Shown in pieces: positions 1-9,800 of a DNA stretch of 50,556 nt. Origin of the DNA: Gemmatales bacterium (GTDB lineage Bacteria; Planctomycetota; Planctomycetia; Gemmatales; HRBIN36). Where the stretch lies: positions 1 to 50,556 of the forward strand of contig JANWVZ010000003.1 in NCBI GenBank assembly GCA_025056555.1, in the 5' to 3' direction. The translations under genes and the position numbers were made by a program. Positions within the stretch are counted from its first letter, which is position 1, and each line of letters opens with the position of its first letter. The notes under the pieces are model-generated. The model was not told where the DNA came from. It searched no databases and saw only the letters and a list, made by a program, of their open reading frames with translations.

Positions 1-136
1 CAACACTTGTAGGTGGATGCTAATGGCCTGCTGAGGAAGCCATCTTGGGAGGCGACTGTCGCAGATTCTAAGGAACTTACGGCCTATCAGCTTCTCCGCA
101 TCGCGGGTCGCGTAGCATCTATACCTTCCGCGATAG

Positions 137-586
137 GCCGATATAAATAAGCCTGCGTCGCCCGCCCAGCTCCCTGACGCCTATGGACGCATTGTCCGCT
201 TATATGGGCGCAACCCCCCCGCGCCCCTCGTTGAGTATCTTTTTGAGGAATCGGAGTCGGACGCGGTCTTTGCGCTCGAGAAAGCATATTGCTCTGAGCC
301 AGTTCAGGAAAAGAAGCAACTCGCTGGACTGAAGAAGTCGGTTCACCTGATTGAGAGTTCTGCCTGGCGTATTGAAAATGACCTTGTCCAGTTGGCACAC
401 TTAGACATAGCTAAGAAGGAGATAAATACATTAGCCGATGCTGACGTGTGGTGGAAGCGCAGATACATCGTGCATGCGTTAATGAAGTATCCTTACTTTC
501 GCACGCCGGAATTGGTGAAGAAACTGCAGAACGACCCGCATCCATTGGTGCGCGAGTGGGCGAAGCATATCAAGCTTAATAAATAG
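137..586 (+). pseudogene. C-terminal remnant of a helical (HEAT-like) hypothetical protein, possibly an immunity-type gene
   Basis: The frame of the listed 392..586 ORF stays open back to an in-frame TAG at 134-136 (about 149 codons: ...GRNPPAPLVEYLFEESESDAVFALEKAY...WWKRRYIVHALMKYPYFRTPELVKKLQNDPHPLVREWA...). No ATG near its 5' end; LQNDPHPLVR is HEAT-repeat-like. Confidence 0.5.
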
Positions 587-1221
587 CAATCTACCGGGGA
601 CCAAATATTTCGCTGTAAGGGAGTAATATGAGTCTTGTTGGTTGCGGAAATTCATCGCGCCGTCAGTAGCGGGATGATCAACAAGCAATTCTGTTCCTAA
701 GCAGAGAAATGTTCAAAGCACTGAGCAATGAACAGTCGGCAGTTGAATGCTCAACCAGCAATCTGGCTCGAGGCACTGGCGCTTTCATAGTGTCATGAGC
801 TGGCCTACCAGCGAGGTATCAACTCATAAGTAGTTCCGTCCCCAGGCGTAAGTAGGATGGTCGTTTCTTGCGAGGGGCCGGCTATCGTGAAGTGGTCGAT
901 CGTCGGTTTGGCCTTTGGGTTCATGCCCAGGCTGCTGAGTTATATAGTCGGTCAGTTAGGAGCCGACTTATTGGTGGCAATGGCGTGCTGGGGATATGAT
1001 ACCATAGCTTTATACTGAGCAGCGCATTAACCCATGCAGTCAACGAGACCTATGTTACCGATAGTAGCTTAACTATCACCTGGTGAAGGGGGACTGGATG
1101 AGTTGTGAGGGAAGAGATCGCGATGCATGTTGGATTGGGAAATTAATGTTCCCGTGAATGGGTCGGAACCGACGCGAAGTTTAGTCAACTGAGAAATAGA
1201 AATCGCGACTAAGCGCCAGTA

Positions 1222-3135
1222 TCAGATCAGGGAAGACGTCGCTGATTCAGTATAAGACATAAGGATAGCAGGTTCCTCGATGCCGTCTAAGGCGGGAAAT
1301 CGGCGGTCGAGGATCAGTTCGGCTAGTTGACGAGCCAAGCGAACATCGTCGTCGGTAAGACGAGAACCGCTCCAGCGTCGGCGGAGTTCACGGCAAAGGA
1401 CGTCTGCGGCGAGGACCCAGGCTTCATCATTTTGCCGGTCGGCCCAGAGTGCGGTGACCAAGACGGTGATGGTATCCTGAATACGTCCCGACATTTCCAT
1501 CATTTTGACCTGGCGGTCAGCCAGACGCAGTTGGTAGCGTCGTAGCATGGCGGAAATTTCCTCGGCATAGCGGGGCAAGACCGCTTCTGCCCACTGGGCA
1601 TGGGGACGCAGTTGACGGTGCAATTGGGGAACGTAGGAAACCAGATGGGGGCGCAGCCGATGGGCGAGCCACCATTGGCCATAAGCCCATAATTCCCTTC
1701 GCAACCGCCAAACATGAAGTGGATTCCACATCCGAAAGGTTTTCATGCCGTAAAGGTTGAGCCGGCGTCCGATAGGCTCGAAGAAGCGTCGGCCATGTTC
1801 CTTAGCTAAGGACTTGAAAAATGCCAAGGCCAACATTTGGCCTTCACCTTCGTAAATGCAGGGAGCGAGGAAATCGTGGACATTATCGCCAAAGAGGTGC
1901 CCGTGCAGAAACGCACGTCCGCCGTGAGTTTTCATGAGAATCTCGATGGCGGACTCTTTCATTGCTTCGCTTCCGAAAATCTTGGCAATAATGCCTTCCA
2001 ACTCGCCGCGATAACCGAGGTCGAGTAACCATGATCCCCATTGGGTAAGAGCGTCAGCGGCGGCGATGTATCCGGCCAACTTGGCCAAGCGAAAGCGTAC
2101 CAACTCGCGAGCGCCAATCGGTTCACCATAAGTGCGACGGAAATGCACCCAAGGTATCAGCGAGGCCAGCATCAGGCGCATGCTTCCCGCGGCTAACGCA
2201 CATAAGGCCAGGCGACCGCGATTCAAGCCGTGATAGGCAATCATCAAACCGTCGCCTCCTGGAGGCTGTAACAGATTTTCCGCGGGTACAAAGAATCGCT
2301 CGAAATGGAGGCCGTTGTTGTAATTGTGAGCCAGGGCATAAAGACCATAATGCACGATGCGAAAGTGTTCGTTTTCCTCGTGGGGTAATTCGACCACGAA
2401 CACTGCCGGCCGATTTTCGAGCAAGGCCACGAGGGCGATCAAACGACCGGGAATGGCATTGGTGATGAAGAGCTTATCACCAGTAATCTCAAAGCCGCCA
2501 GGAACGGGTCGAGCAATTGTGCGTAAGGCGGTGAGGTCCGAGCCGGCATTGGGCTCTGTCAGGGCAAAACCGGAAAGGACTTCGCCGCGCGCCAAACGGG
2601 GCAGGAAGCGTTGTTTCTGTTCGGGCGTGCCGAAGGTCATGAGGGGATCCACCGCACCGATACAGCCGTGGACCGAAGCCAGGCCGGCGATGGTAGCGTC
2701 CAAGGTAGCCATGCGGGTGAGAAACGAGGCAAATTTCGCAAAAGGGATGCCACTACCACCATATTCAGGACTGATCAACAAGCCCCAATAACCAGCTTCG
2801 GCCAACTCCTGCAATAGTGTATCGGAAACTTTGCCCTGAGCATTCCACAAACGATGGGCCTGACGAGCGTTGCGGAGGACCTCATAACAGCGTTCCAGCA
2901 CGGCATCAGACGGGGCCGACTCCGGCGGTGGAGGTCGAAACATGCTGATGGGGACTTGGCCTTCCCACACGGCGCGGTGCACCGGACTATTGACGGTCTG
3001 ATACTGCGGTTGAAAGAGCGCTTCCAATTGCTCATCGGCGCGATCGACCGCTCCGAGCCGGCGGACCTCCTCGGCGCTCTTGCCGGCTTGTGCCAAAGCA
3101 GTCTCCGCGAAGCTGGGCCGACCTGCTTCTGCCAT
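1222..3135 (-). CDS. acyl-CoA dehydrogenase family protein
   Basis: 637 aa; motifs GFALTEPNAGSDL, GDKLFITNA, LNRGRL, R..YGEPI, HGGR and CIYEGEG, plus a C-terminal extension. Confidence 0.93.
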   Translation of the reverse strand: MAEAGRPSFAETALAQAGKSAEEVRRLGAVDRADEQLEALFQPQYQTVNSPVHRAVWEGQVPISMFRPPPPESAPSDAVLERCYEVLRNARQAHRLWNAQGKVSDTLLQELAEAGYWGLLISPEYGGSGIPFAKFASFLTRMATLDATIAGLASVHGCIGAVDPLMTFGTPEQKQRFLPRLARGEVLSGFALTEPNAGSDLTALRTIARPVPGGFEITGDKLFITNAIPGRLIALVALLENRPAVFVVELPHEENEHFRIVHYGLYALAHNYNNGLHFERFFVPAENLLQPPGGDGLMIAYHGLNRGRLALCALAAGSMRLMLASLIPWVHFRRTYGEPIGARELVRFRLAKLAGYIAAADALTQWGSWLLDLGYRGELEGIIAKIFGSEAMKESAIEILMKTHGGRAFLHGHLFGDNVHDFLAPCIYEGEGQMLALAFFKSLAKEHGRRFFEPIGRRLNLYGMKTFRMWNPLHVWRLRRELWAYGQWWLAHRLRPHLVSYVPQLHRQLRPHAQWAEAVLPRYAEEISAMLRRYQLRLADRQVKMMEMSGRIQDTITVLVTALWADRQNDEAWVLAADVLCRELRRRWSGSRLTDDDVRLARQLAELILDRRFPALDGIEEPAILMSYTESATSSLI

Positions 3136-3175
3136 CGGTTTGTTTTCCTGCCGCGGAGGGCTTCCCCAATAGGTA

Positions 3176-4705
3176 TTATGGTCCTGCCAAGCGCAATAAC
3201 CACCATGCCAGGGCGGCGCCCAGGGTCAAACCGAAAGCAATCCCCAGCCAAATCGGCCAGTTTGACTTCAGCCGTGCCAGAACTGGCGGTGAGTCCGGAG
3301 GAGTGGTGTTTGGCGCGCCTGTGGAGCGGGGTCGGCGCAAGTTCAACTGATTGACCCGCACGGTAGAATCAGCCAAGGTACTCGACTTGTCGGCCGCATG
3401 ACTTCCTCGTGGACCTTGGCTACGACTTCCTCCAAGAACTTCGCTCGAGCTGGGCGTTCTGGCGGGCGTGCCTGTCAAGCTGATCTTGCTCAGTGAGGCT
3501 GAGGCTTCCGACGATACTTCGGTCAGGACCCCCGAACGAGCTTCTGCGGACTTGCCAGTTAACCGCGGTGAACTGGAACTGCCCCCTGTACTAGCCAACG
3601 TTGCCAGCAGTTGGTCGGTCGAAGCCGGTCCGGTAGCGGAAGGTGTGGTTGGTTCCACTCCGGGAGGTGGCAAGAGTCGGCGGAGGTCCACCAAAGGTTC
3701 TAAAGCGCGAGCGACGTCCTCCGGCGTCTGCGGACGGTCTTGCGGTTTCTTGGCCAGCATGGCGTGCAACAGCTGGACAACTTCTCTGGGCACATCGGGG
3801 CGGATGTCGCTAATCGGGTTCGGTATTTTCGTCTGGTGCCATATAAGCTTCTGCGCAACCGTACCTTCGGGAAACGGAGGATGCCCGGCCAGCACATAGT
3901 AAAACGTTGCGCCTAGACTATAGATATCCGCGCGGATGTCAACCACATGGCTGTCTATTGCCTGTTCGGGAGCCAGGTAATCTGCTGTCCCCAGGACTTT
4001 TTCGTCGTATTTGCGAGTGAGAATATCCTGTTCGTCGAGGAAGAATCGCGCCAGTCCCAGATCGAGCAGTTTAACAACTCCCGATCGGCTCACCAACAAA
4101 TTGGCCGGTTTGATGTCACGGTGAATCAGCCCGACGCTGAACGCGTGCTGCAATCCTTTAGCAGCCTGGTAGAGGTAATGCACAGCGCGGGCGACATCGA
4201 AAGGCCCATGAGCCTTGACCAACTCCTGCAAACTGACACCATCTACATATTCCATGACCAGGAAATGCAAGTCTCCTTCCTGATCCAGGTCGTAGGCGCG
4301 GACAACATTAGGGTGGTCTAGAGCGGCAATAGCTTTGGCTTCACGATAGAAGCGTTCCAGGGCGGAACTTTCTCCCGAACGGGAGCGTGGCAACACTTTA
4401 AGCGCCACCAGACGCTTCATGAACTTATGTTCGGCCAAGAATACCATTCCCATGCCGCCGCTGCCCAGCCGACTCAGGATCTTATATTTGCTGATGAAAA
4501 AACCTTTCCACCGGCCTGCCAGTAATTGTTCCGCCTGAAACGGGGTCAAGAGGCCGCGTTGCACCAGCAGATCGGCTAACTGCGCCGGCTCACAAACTTG
4601 ACCGCCGGCGCACACCTCCCGCGCCAAACCGTCTAGCCGCTCGGCTTCGACCAGACCGCTCTTATGTACTAAGTCGAGGAAGGCTTCTAACGTCGCTATG
4701 GCCAT
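3176..4705 (-). CDS. Hanks-type Ser/Thr protein kinase with C-terminal membrane anchor
   Basis: LGSGGMG, VALK, HRDIKPAN, DLG, GTADYLAPE, DIYSLG; Ser/Pro/Thr-rich linker; hydrophobic tail WPIWLGIAFGLTLGAALAWWLL. Start placed at ATG 4705 (MAIATL); the ORF is open to 4798. Confidence 0.93.
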   Translation of the reverse strand: MAIATLEAFLDLVHKSGLVEAERLDGLAREVCAGGQVCEPAQLADLLVQRGLLTPFQAEQLLAGRWKGFFISKYKILSRLGSGGMGMVFLAEHKFMKRLVALKVLPRSRSGESSALERFYREAKAIAALDHPNVVRAYDLDQEGDLHFLVMEYVDGVSLQELVKAHGPFDVARAVHYLYQAAKGLQHAFSVGLIHRDIKPANLLVSRSGVVKLLDLGLARFFLDEQDILTRKYDEKVLGTADYLAPEQAIDSHVVDIRADIYSLGATFYYVLAGHPPFPEGTVAQKLIWHQTKIPNPISDIRPDVPREVVQLLHAMLAKKPQDRPQTPEDVARALEPLVDLRRLLPPPGVEPTTPSATGPASTDQLLATLASTGGSSSSPRLTGKSAEARSGVLTEVSSEASASLSKISLTGTPARTPSSSEVLGGSRSQGPRGSHAADKSSTLADSTVRVNQLNLRRPRSTGAPNTTPPDSPPVLARLKSNWPIWLGIAFGLTLGAALAWWLLRLAGP

Positions 4706-4894
4706 AGCTGGCCTTATCCGGCGAGCGATACCCGCCTTCTCCTCGAAGGTTCTCTGGCTTCCTTGCGACGCTCCGTTGCCGGGCCAATTAATCGGCACCT
4801 CTCTCTAGTATAGCTAGGGATTTCCCCGAAGAACAACTCGGGTTGGGTTTCTTATCACAGTGTAATCCTGATGCCGTCGCTGCTGAACAATATT

Positions 4895-4926
4895 CAAGGG
4901 GTCGGGGCTAGCCACCCGCCCCCTTG
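4895..4926 (-). terminator. GC-rich hairpin, possible intrinsic terminator after the cytochrome c gene
   Basis: CAAGGGGTCGGG...CCCGCCCCCTTG inverted repeat with one mismatch, about 45 nt after the cytochrome stop; the U-tract is weak. Confidence 0.4.
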
Positions 4927-4970
4927 CTCCTAAGGAAGTGTGCAGTTCGCGCCTGACTTCTAAGAAAGCA

Positions 4971-5381
4971 TCAGGGTCGATGCTTATCGTGACACTCGTC
5001 GCACTTTTTATCTAACGCCTTAACGGCAGCCAGTACCTCCTTGGCATCTTTCCTGTTAGCAGCCTCCTGTATTTTGGCGACGTCCTGGGTATATTCCTTG
5101 CACAACTTAACCCAACTGGCTTTCGGCCCTTTGGGGGGGTCGTTTTTCTCCATCAGGCTAATCAGGCGGGTGAATTCTTTGGCGTCCTTTTGCAGCTTGG
5201 CCCAATCCGGCTTAGGCTTCTTCGCCTCAGCCTCGATGACGTCCTTGAGGCCTTTCTTGACCCGATGGGTAATGTCCATGATTTCATCCACGCCGGGAAT
5301 ATCTTGCTTCAGCGCGAGCGCCAGGTTGCATAAAGCCAGCAGTGCCAATCCCAGCGTAAGGCAGATCCCAATGCGTTTCAT
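4971..5381 (-). CDS. secreted class II-like (c'/c556-type) cytochrome c
   Basis: AGGAGG RBS before ATG 5381; signal peptide MKRIGICLTLGLALLALCNLALA; helical Lys-rich body; C-terminal heme motif CDECH. Confidence 0.85.
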   Translation of the reverse strand: MKRIGICLTLGLALLALCNLALALKQDIPGVDEIMDITHRVKKGLKDVIEAEAKKPKPDWAKLQKDAKEFTRLISLMEKNDPPKGPKASWVKLCKEYTQDVAKIQEAANRKDAKEVLAAVKALDKKCDECHDKHRP

Positions 5382-5493
5382 AAGGCTTCCTCCTGTCACG
5401 ATGCTTGCATGCTCGTAAACAGTTCGAGGCAGGTATGCCACAGGCAGGTATTTCCCATAAATACTAATCCACTGCTCCAGCGTCAACGGGTCG

Positions 5494-7443
5494 CTAGGGA
5501 GAAGATGAGCGGGATGGCGATTTTACTTGCAGCACTTGCACCACGTCACTGCCTTCTTCACGGCCTCCCACCAGGACACGCACAGGCACGATGTATTGCC
5601 CAGGCTCGACGTTTGCAGGAATGCTGAACTGAGAGCGGAAGCGGGTCGTTTGTCGCGCGGGCACCCGCACACTTTGGCGCGATGGTTGTTGCTGCCAGGG
5701 CCAGTGCCATTCGACTTCCAGAACTTCGGCCATGGCTCCTGTGTTCTCGACAACCAGCGTGCAGACCAGTTCTTTACCGGCCTGACACTCCAGCACGAAG
5801 GGTTCCACAGCAATGCGATGGGGATTCCAATCTCGCCGATGGTCGCCGCTCACGCACAGCGCGTCAGCAGCTGCCACGGCTGCTTCTGCCCAAAGGACGC
5901 GCCGCCGAAAATCCTCCGCATTGAACTCCATCGCACTGCCGTGTTCCGCCAGGATCCAATCCGGACTTATCTCCAGCACTCGCCTTGCACTCGCGGAATA
6001 ACCATCCGGTAAACCTCGGTTCAAACCCATCCAGCCCCCACTGCCACTGTACTGATCCTGATGAAACCAGTTATCCGCCGTGAACAAACATCGCTTGCCA
6101 TCTATCGTGGTTTCCACTCCCATGGTGTAATAAGTCTGGCCGGGGAGATGATGAAAACGAAAACTGTATTCGCGCCAATACCGCACTTCGCCCGGTTCGG
6201 CAGTCCTTGTGATCCTTACCGGGCGTGGATCTAAGAAGGGATGACGCCACTGCAACGGTGCTCGCAAGGGCTGAGCCACGATATCTAAAGTCCAAACCTC
6301 GCATTGCTGGGCTATGTATTCGGGCAAATCATACACGCCGTCATAATGATCATAATGGGCATGCGAAATCATCACGACCTCAACAGGTCCCAACTTCCTT
6401 TCCCGCTGCAAACGCGCTATCTGTTCCACACTCCGCTTGCCCCATGGATCCACCACTAACAAGCCTCCATGTTTAGATACTAACACATAGGTATTGCCGG
6501 TTAGATAAAGATGGGGAGAAAGGTGCGACCATGGTTTTTCGCCAGCCGTGGCGGATTGTTCCGGGGCTAGGAAACGATAGGAAGGCGGCTGACCGAGTAC
6601 CTGCTTAGTATAGAACTCAAAACTCTTCATTTGCCCCGCTTTCTCGAGCCGCTGAATCGTCAGTTCCAGGGCTTGTGGAATGCTATCTAATATCGGTGCG
6701 CCATGAGCCGGAAGCAGTGCTCGCAGATTACGGCGTGAAAGTTGCCGGAGGGACTCGGCTGCAGGTTTGAGTCCTGCATCGGTCCAGTGATCCCAGTCCG
6801 TCGTGTAAGGTGACCAGATTTTTCCAGGCGCCGCCAAACTGTCCCCACAAAAGGCAATGGCCGCTTGTTCCCCCAAAGGTCTCGCCAGATAACATAAGTG
6901 ATCCCGACTATGGCCTGGCGTGGCTAAGACCTCGAATTGCCATCCCTGCCATTCGAGAGTGTGGCCGTGTTCGAGAGTTAAATCTAACCCATCTATACCT
7001 TGGGGGAGCACTAAGTATGCAGTTCGCGACGACCGCAAGGGTAATACTTCCTGCCAATAACGTTGCACTCCTGCCGGGGTAAGCCAGGCTGCTGCCGCTT
7101 TGGGGCCGCGTATTCTTATTCCCTGGCGCACTAGTTCTGCCGCTTGCCAACAACTGTCGCGGTGGTGGTGCGTGAGCAAGACCATATCAATTTTGGTAAT
7201 TCGGAGCCGCTTCAACAGACTCTGCAGGTCCGCGCCGGCGGGCGCATCTATGACTATTGCGCGGTTCTTCTCGACAATAGCATAGGCTGCTGGCTCTCCC
7301 TGCGAGCGGTAAATTCCTGGCAGGACCTCCTGCCAACCGCTAAGGCCGTTGCTCCCGAAAAAGTCAGACACCCAGTATGCGGAACAGATTGCGCTCAAGG
7401 CCAGCAAGAAGGCTGCCGTCTTCGTTCCTATATGCTCCTTCAT
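5494..7443 (-). CDS. metallo-beta-lactamase-fold hydrolase with two MBL domains and a C-terminal Ig-like region
   Basis: Domain 1 THHHRDS...TPGHS...GDS...PAHG; domain 2 SHAHYDH...LPGQT...TADN...AEHG; hydrophobic N-terminus; beta-rich C-terminus. Confidence 0.85.
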   Translation of the reverse strand: MKEHIGTKTAAFLLALSAICSAYWVSDFFGSNGLSGWQEVLPGIYRSQGEPAAYAIVEKNRAIVIDAPAGADLQSLLKRLRITKIDMVLLTHHHRDSCWQAAELVRQGIRIRGPKAAAAWLTPAGVQRYWQEVLPLRSSRTAYLVLPQGIDGLDLTLEHGHTLEWQGWQFEVLATPGHSRDHLCYLARPLGEQAAIAFCGDSLAAPGKIWSPYTTDWDHWTDAGLKPAAESLRQLSRRNLRALLPAHGAPILDSIPQALELTIQRLEKAGQMKSFEFYTKQVLGQPPSYRFLAPEQSATAGEKPWSHLSPHLYLTGNTYVLVSKHGGLLVVDPWGKRSVEQIARLQRERKLGPVEVVMISHAHYDHYDGVYDLPEYIAQQCEVWTLDIVAQPLRAPLQWRHPFLDPRPVRITRTAEPGEVRYWREYSFRFHHLPGQTYYTMGVETTIDGKRCLFTADNWFHQDQYSGSGGWMGLNRGLPDGYSASARRVLEISPDWILAEHGSAMEFNAEDFRRRVLWAEAAVAAADALCVSGDHRRDWNPHRIAVEPFVLECQAGKELVCTLVVENTGAMAEVLEVEWHWPWQQQPSRQSVRVPARQTTRFRSQFSIPANVEPGQYIVPVRVLVGGREEGSDVVQVLQVKSPSRSSSP

Positions 7444-7506
7444 GAGATTAGTGTCCCACTAAATCGGCTGGTCCAGACCGGCAGAGGACTGAGGAGCAGG
7501 TCGCTG

Positions 7507-8358
7507 TCATCGGTTCGGCTCCTGCGCGAAATCAATGCGAGGCAGGTATGGAATAAAACCGGCACTATAGGCATCACTTAGCAAGCGTTCGACCGCCTGA
7601 CGCTCTACCGGCCCCGCTCGCAGAGTTCGCTGGTTAACGTACATCTGCACAAATTGACGTCCTTGCTCCCGACTTAGTCCCCGACCAAACTGTAACGCAT
7701 AATCCAGGGCCTCTTCCGGGTGCTTAAGAGCGTACTCTATGCTTTCACGCAACAATCGGACGATTTGGCCGATGACCTCGTCTCCCAAGTCACGACGGAC
7801 GACGTTAGCACCCAAAGGCAGAGGAAGACCCGTTTGTTCAAACCACCATCGGCCTAAATCGGCAACTAAGTATAAGCCCTGCTGGGGATACGTAAGTTGA
7901 CCTTCATGGATGACCAACCCGGCTTCCACAATCCCTTCCTGCACGGCCTGAAGTATCTGATCGAAAGGCATCACACGATAGGAATACCGAACTCCGAGGT
8001 ATAGTTTCAGCAGCAGAAAGGCAGTAGTCAGCACGCCCGGGACTGCAATCGTAGCACGCTCCAAGTCGTGTTTAGACATACTGCTCCGCCCCACCACAAT
8101 GGGGCCATAGCGATCTCCCATACTGAACCCGCTGGGCAACAGAAGATATTTATCCGTCAGATAGGCATAGGCGTGCACGCTTACCGCAGAGACTTCGAGA
8201 TCGCCCCCCAGGCAGCGCTGATTCAGTGTCTGGATGTCCTGCAGTTCGTGCTGAATTTCCAGACCGTCAGTCGCTATCTTACCTTGGGTCAGGGCGTAGA
8301 ACATAAAGGCATCGTCGGCATCAGGACTGTGTCCGATCCGTATTACCTTCTGAGGCAC
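7507..8358 (-). CDS. mqnD: 1,4-dihydroxy-6-naphthoate synthase (MqnD-type, MqnA/MqnD family), futalosine menaquinone pathway
   Basis: IGHSPDADDAFMFYAL, DIQTLN, YGP, PG..TTA, IHEGQLTY, DLG.WW...TGLPLPLG, MYVN. Confidence 0.85.
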   Translation of the reverse strand: MPQKVIRIGHSPDADDAFMFYALTQGKIATDGLEIQHELQDIQTLNQRCLGGDLEVSAVSVHAYAYLTDKYLLLPSGFSMGDRYGPIVVGRSSMSKHDLERATIAVPGVLTTAFLLLKLYLGVRYSYRVMPFDQILQAVQEGIVEAGLVIHEGQLTYPQQGLYLVADLGRWWFEQTGLPLPLGANVVRRDLGDEVIGQIVRLLRESIEYALKHPEEALDYALQFGRGLSREQGRQFVQMYVNQRTLRAGPVERQAVERLLSDAYSAGFIPYLPRIDFAQEPNR

Positions 8359-8914
8359 ATCGTTCTCCTTGACTTCTTCCCAGTTGTCTCCACTGACGCA
8401 GTTGCTCCAAATATAAAGCGCGCATCTTTAGCAAGTCGTCATCATACCGTCCGTCCTTGAAGTCGAGAAAGCCCCATTCCATAGGCTGATACTTGCCCTG
8501 CTTATAACGTGCTATCAGATCTGCCCAGATACCGTCAGTCAGGTAAATCTTCTGCCCGGCTCTTTTGCAGGACGCCAGCACGATCTTATTATCATCCAGA
8601 TAGCCTATGTCCACGTTCACTAAGCGATTTCCGTCTCGCGCCAGGCACATCTCCAAAGCGGTGGTCAATAACTTATACTCCGCAAGTTTATCGGGCAGCT
8701 GAAGGTGAAGGAAGCTTATCAAGCGGCGATAGAGATTAGGCCCCATCTCCGGCTCATAATAATGCGTAACGTCGAAACGATAATCAACACTGACATAATC
8801 GAGCGGGCCTAACCTTTCTTGCAGCAGAAGCAGCGCACGCTGCAAAGCGGTCAGGTCGGCCCATAGGATGGCGGCGAAAAACTTAACCGGATCAGGAGGC
8901 TGGAGCTTGACCAT
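8321..8914 (-). CDS. DUF4416 family protein
   Basis: F..THYYEPEMG..L.R...SF, R.VNVDIGY, LAS.K, IYL.DGIWA match the family as I recall it; overlaps both neighbours. Confidence 0.75.
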   Translation of the reverse strand: MVKLQPPDPVKFFAAILWADLTALQRALLLLQERLGPLDYVSVDYRFDVTHYYEPEMGPNLYRRLISFLHLQLPDKLAEYKLLTTALEMCLARDGNRLVNVDIGYLDDNKIVLASCKRAGQKIYLTDGIWADLIARYKQGKYQPMEWGFLDFKDGRYDDDLLKMRALYLEQLRQWRQLGRSQGERCASEGNTDRTQS

Positions 8915-9722
8915 ACTTCTCTCCGCGTCGCTCCAAAATGTTCAGGGCCTGATGAACGACAGGCAGGGCTATACCAAATATCTGATGAATCTGCCGTGCT
9001 AAGTCGCAAGGCGGTAACTCTTCACGCAGCACACTCTGATGCTTGCGGCGCTGCAGGCGAGTGCCCTTGAGATAGATATGCTCTCCTTCCCGAACTTGTG
9101 TCACTAGCGGATAACGCATCATGTCCCAATCAAAGGACTCATCCCAGACGCGAAGAAATTCGCCCCAGTCCACAGGGCTCGTCTTATAAGTGATGCGAAG
9201 CTGGCGCTCGCCCCGAGGACTGACGATATATAGGTCTAACTTATCATCTGCCGGCCGAGGCATCAGATACACCTGATGGAAAGGCGACCTCAGTTCCAGA
9301 CAATCGGATTTGGGTAGGGGCAGAGGATCGAAGAGCAAAAAGCCTGGATCGAGTAAATGGGGTTGTCCATCTCGCCATAGTAATAGTGCGCAGTGAGTGT
9401 TCGGCCCATACGGACGGTCGGCGAGAATGGGTTGCGCTTGCCAACCCAGCTGGCGTACCAGGTGAAGCAAGGTCGCGGTGAGTGAGAAACAGGTACCACC
9501 TGTGCCCAACCGGATATGATCCCGCAGCACCTCGGCCGGATCAGGGCGAGCTTCAGTAACACGGCCACGCTCGGCTTCTCGGATTATTTTGCTGAGATTT
9601 TCGTAAGGCAACCGCGCAAAGGCGCGACTCACCTGTGCCAGTAACTGATTTGGTTCCTGGCGCAGGTCAATCCCGAAATGTTGCGTAAAATAACAAAGTG
9701 TTTCGTCAGTAATGATTCCCAT
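8892..9722 (-). CDS. arylamine N-acetyltransferase family protein
   Basis: PYENL, GGTCF (catalytic Cys), THCAL (His), LLDPGF (Asp): the Cys-His-Asp triad. Start placed at ATG 9722. Confidence 0.85.
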   Translation of the reverse strand: MGIITDETLCYFTQHFGIDLRQEPNQLLAQVSRAFARLPYENLSKIIREAERGRVTEARPDPAEVLRDHIRLGTGGTCFSLTATLLHLVRQLGWQAQPILADRPYGPNTHCALLLWRDGQPHLLDPGFLLFDPLPLPKSDCLELRSPFHQVYLMPRPADDKLDLYIVSPRGERQLRITYKTSPVDWGEFLRVWDESFDWDMMRYPLVTQVREGEHIYLKGTRLQRRKHQSVLREELPPCDLARQIHQIFGIALPVVHQALNILERRGEKYGQAPAS

Positions 9723-9800
9723 CGCCGACTCGTCCCGGCGTTTTGATTGCCGTACATTATCATAGGACACTACCTGCCATAGGTAAATCAAGGCAGGACC

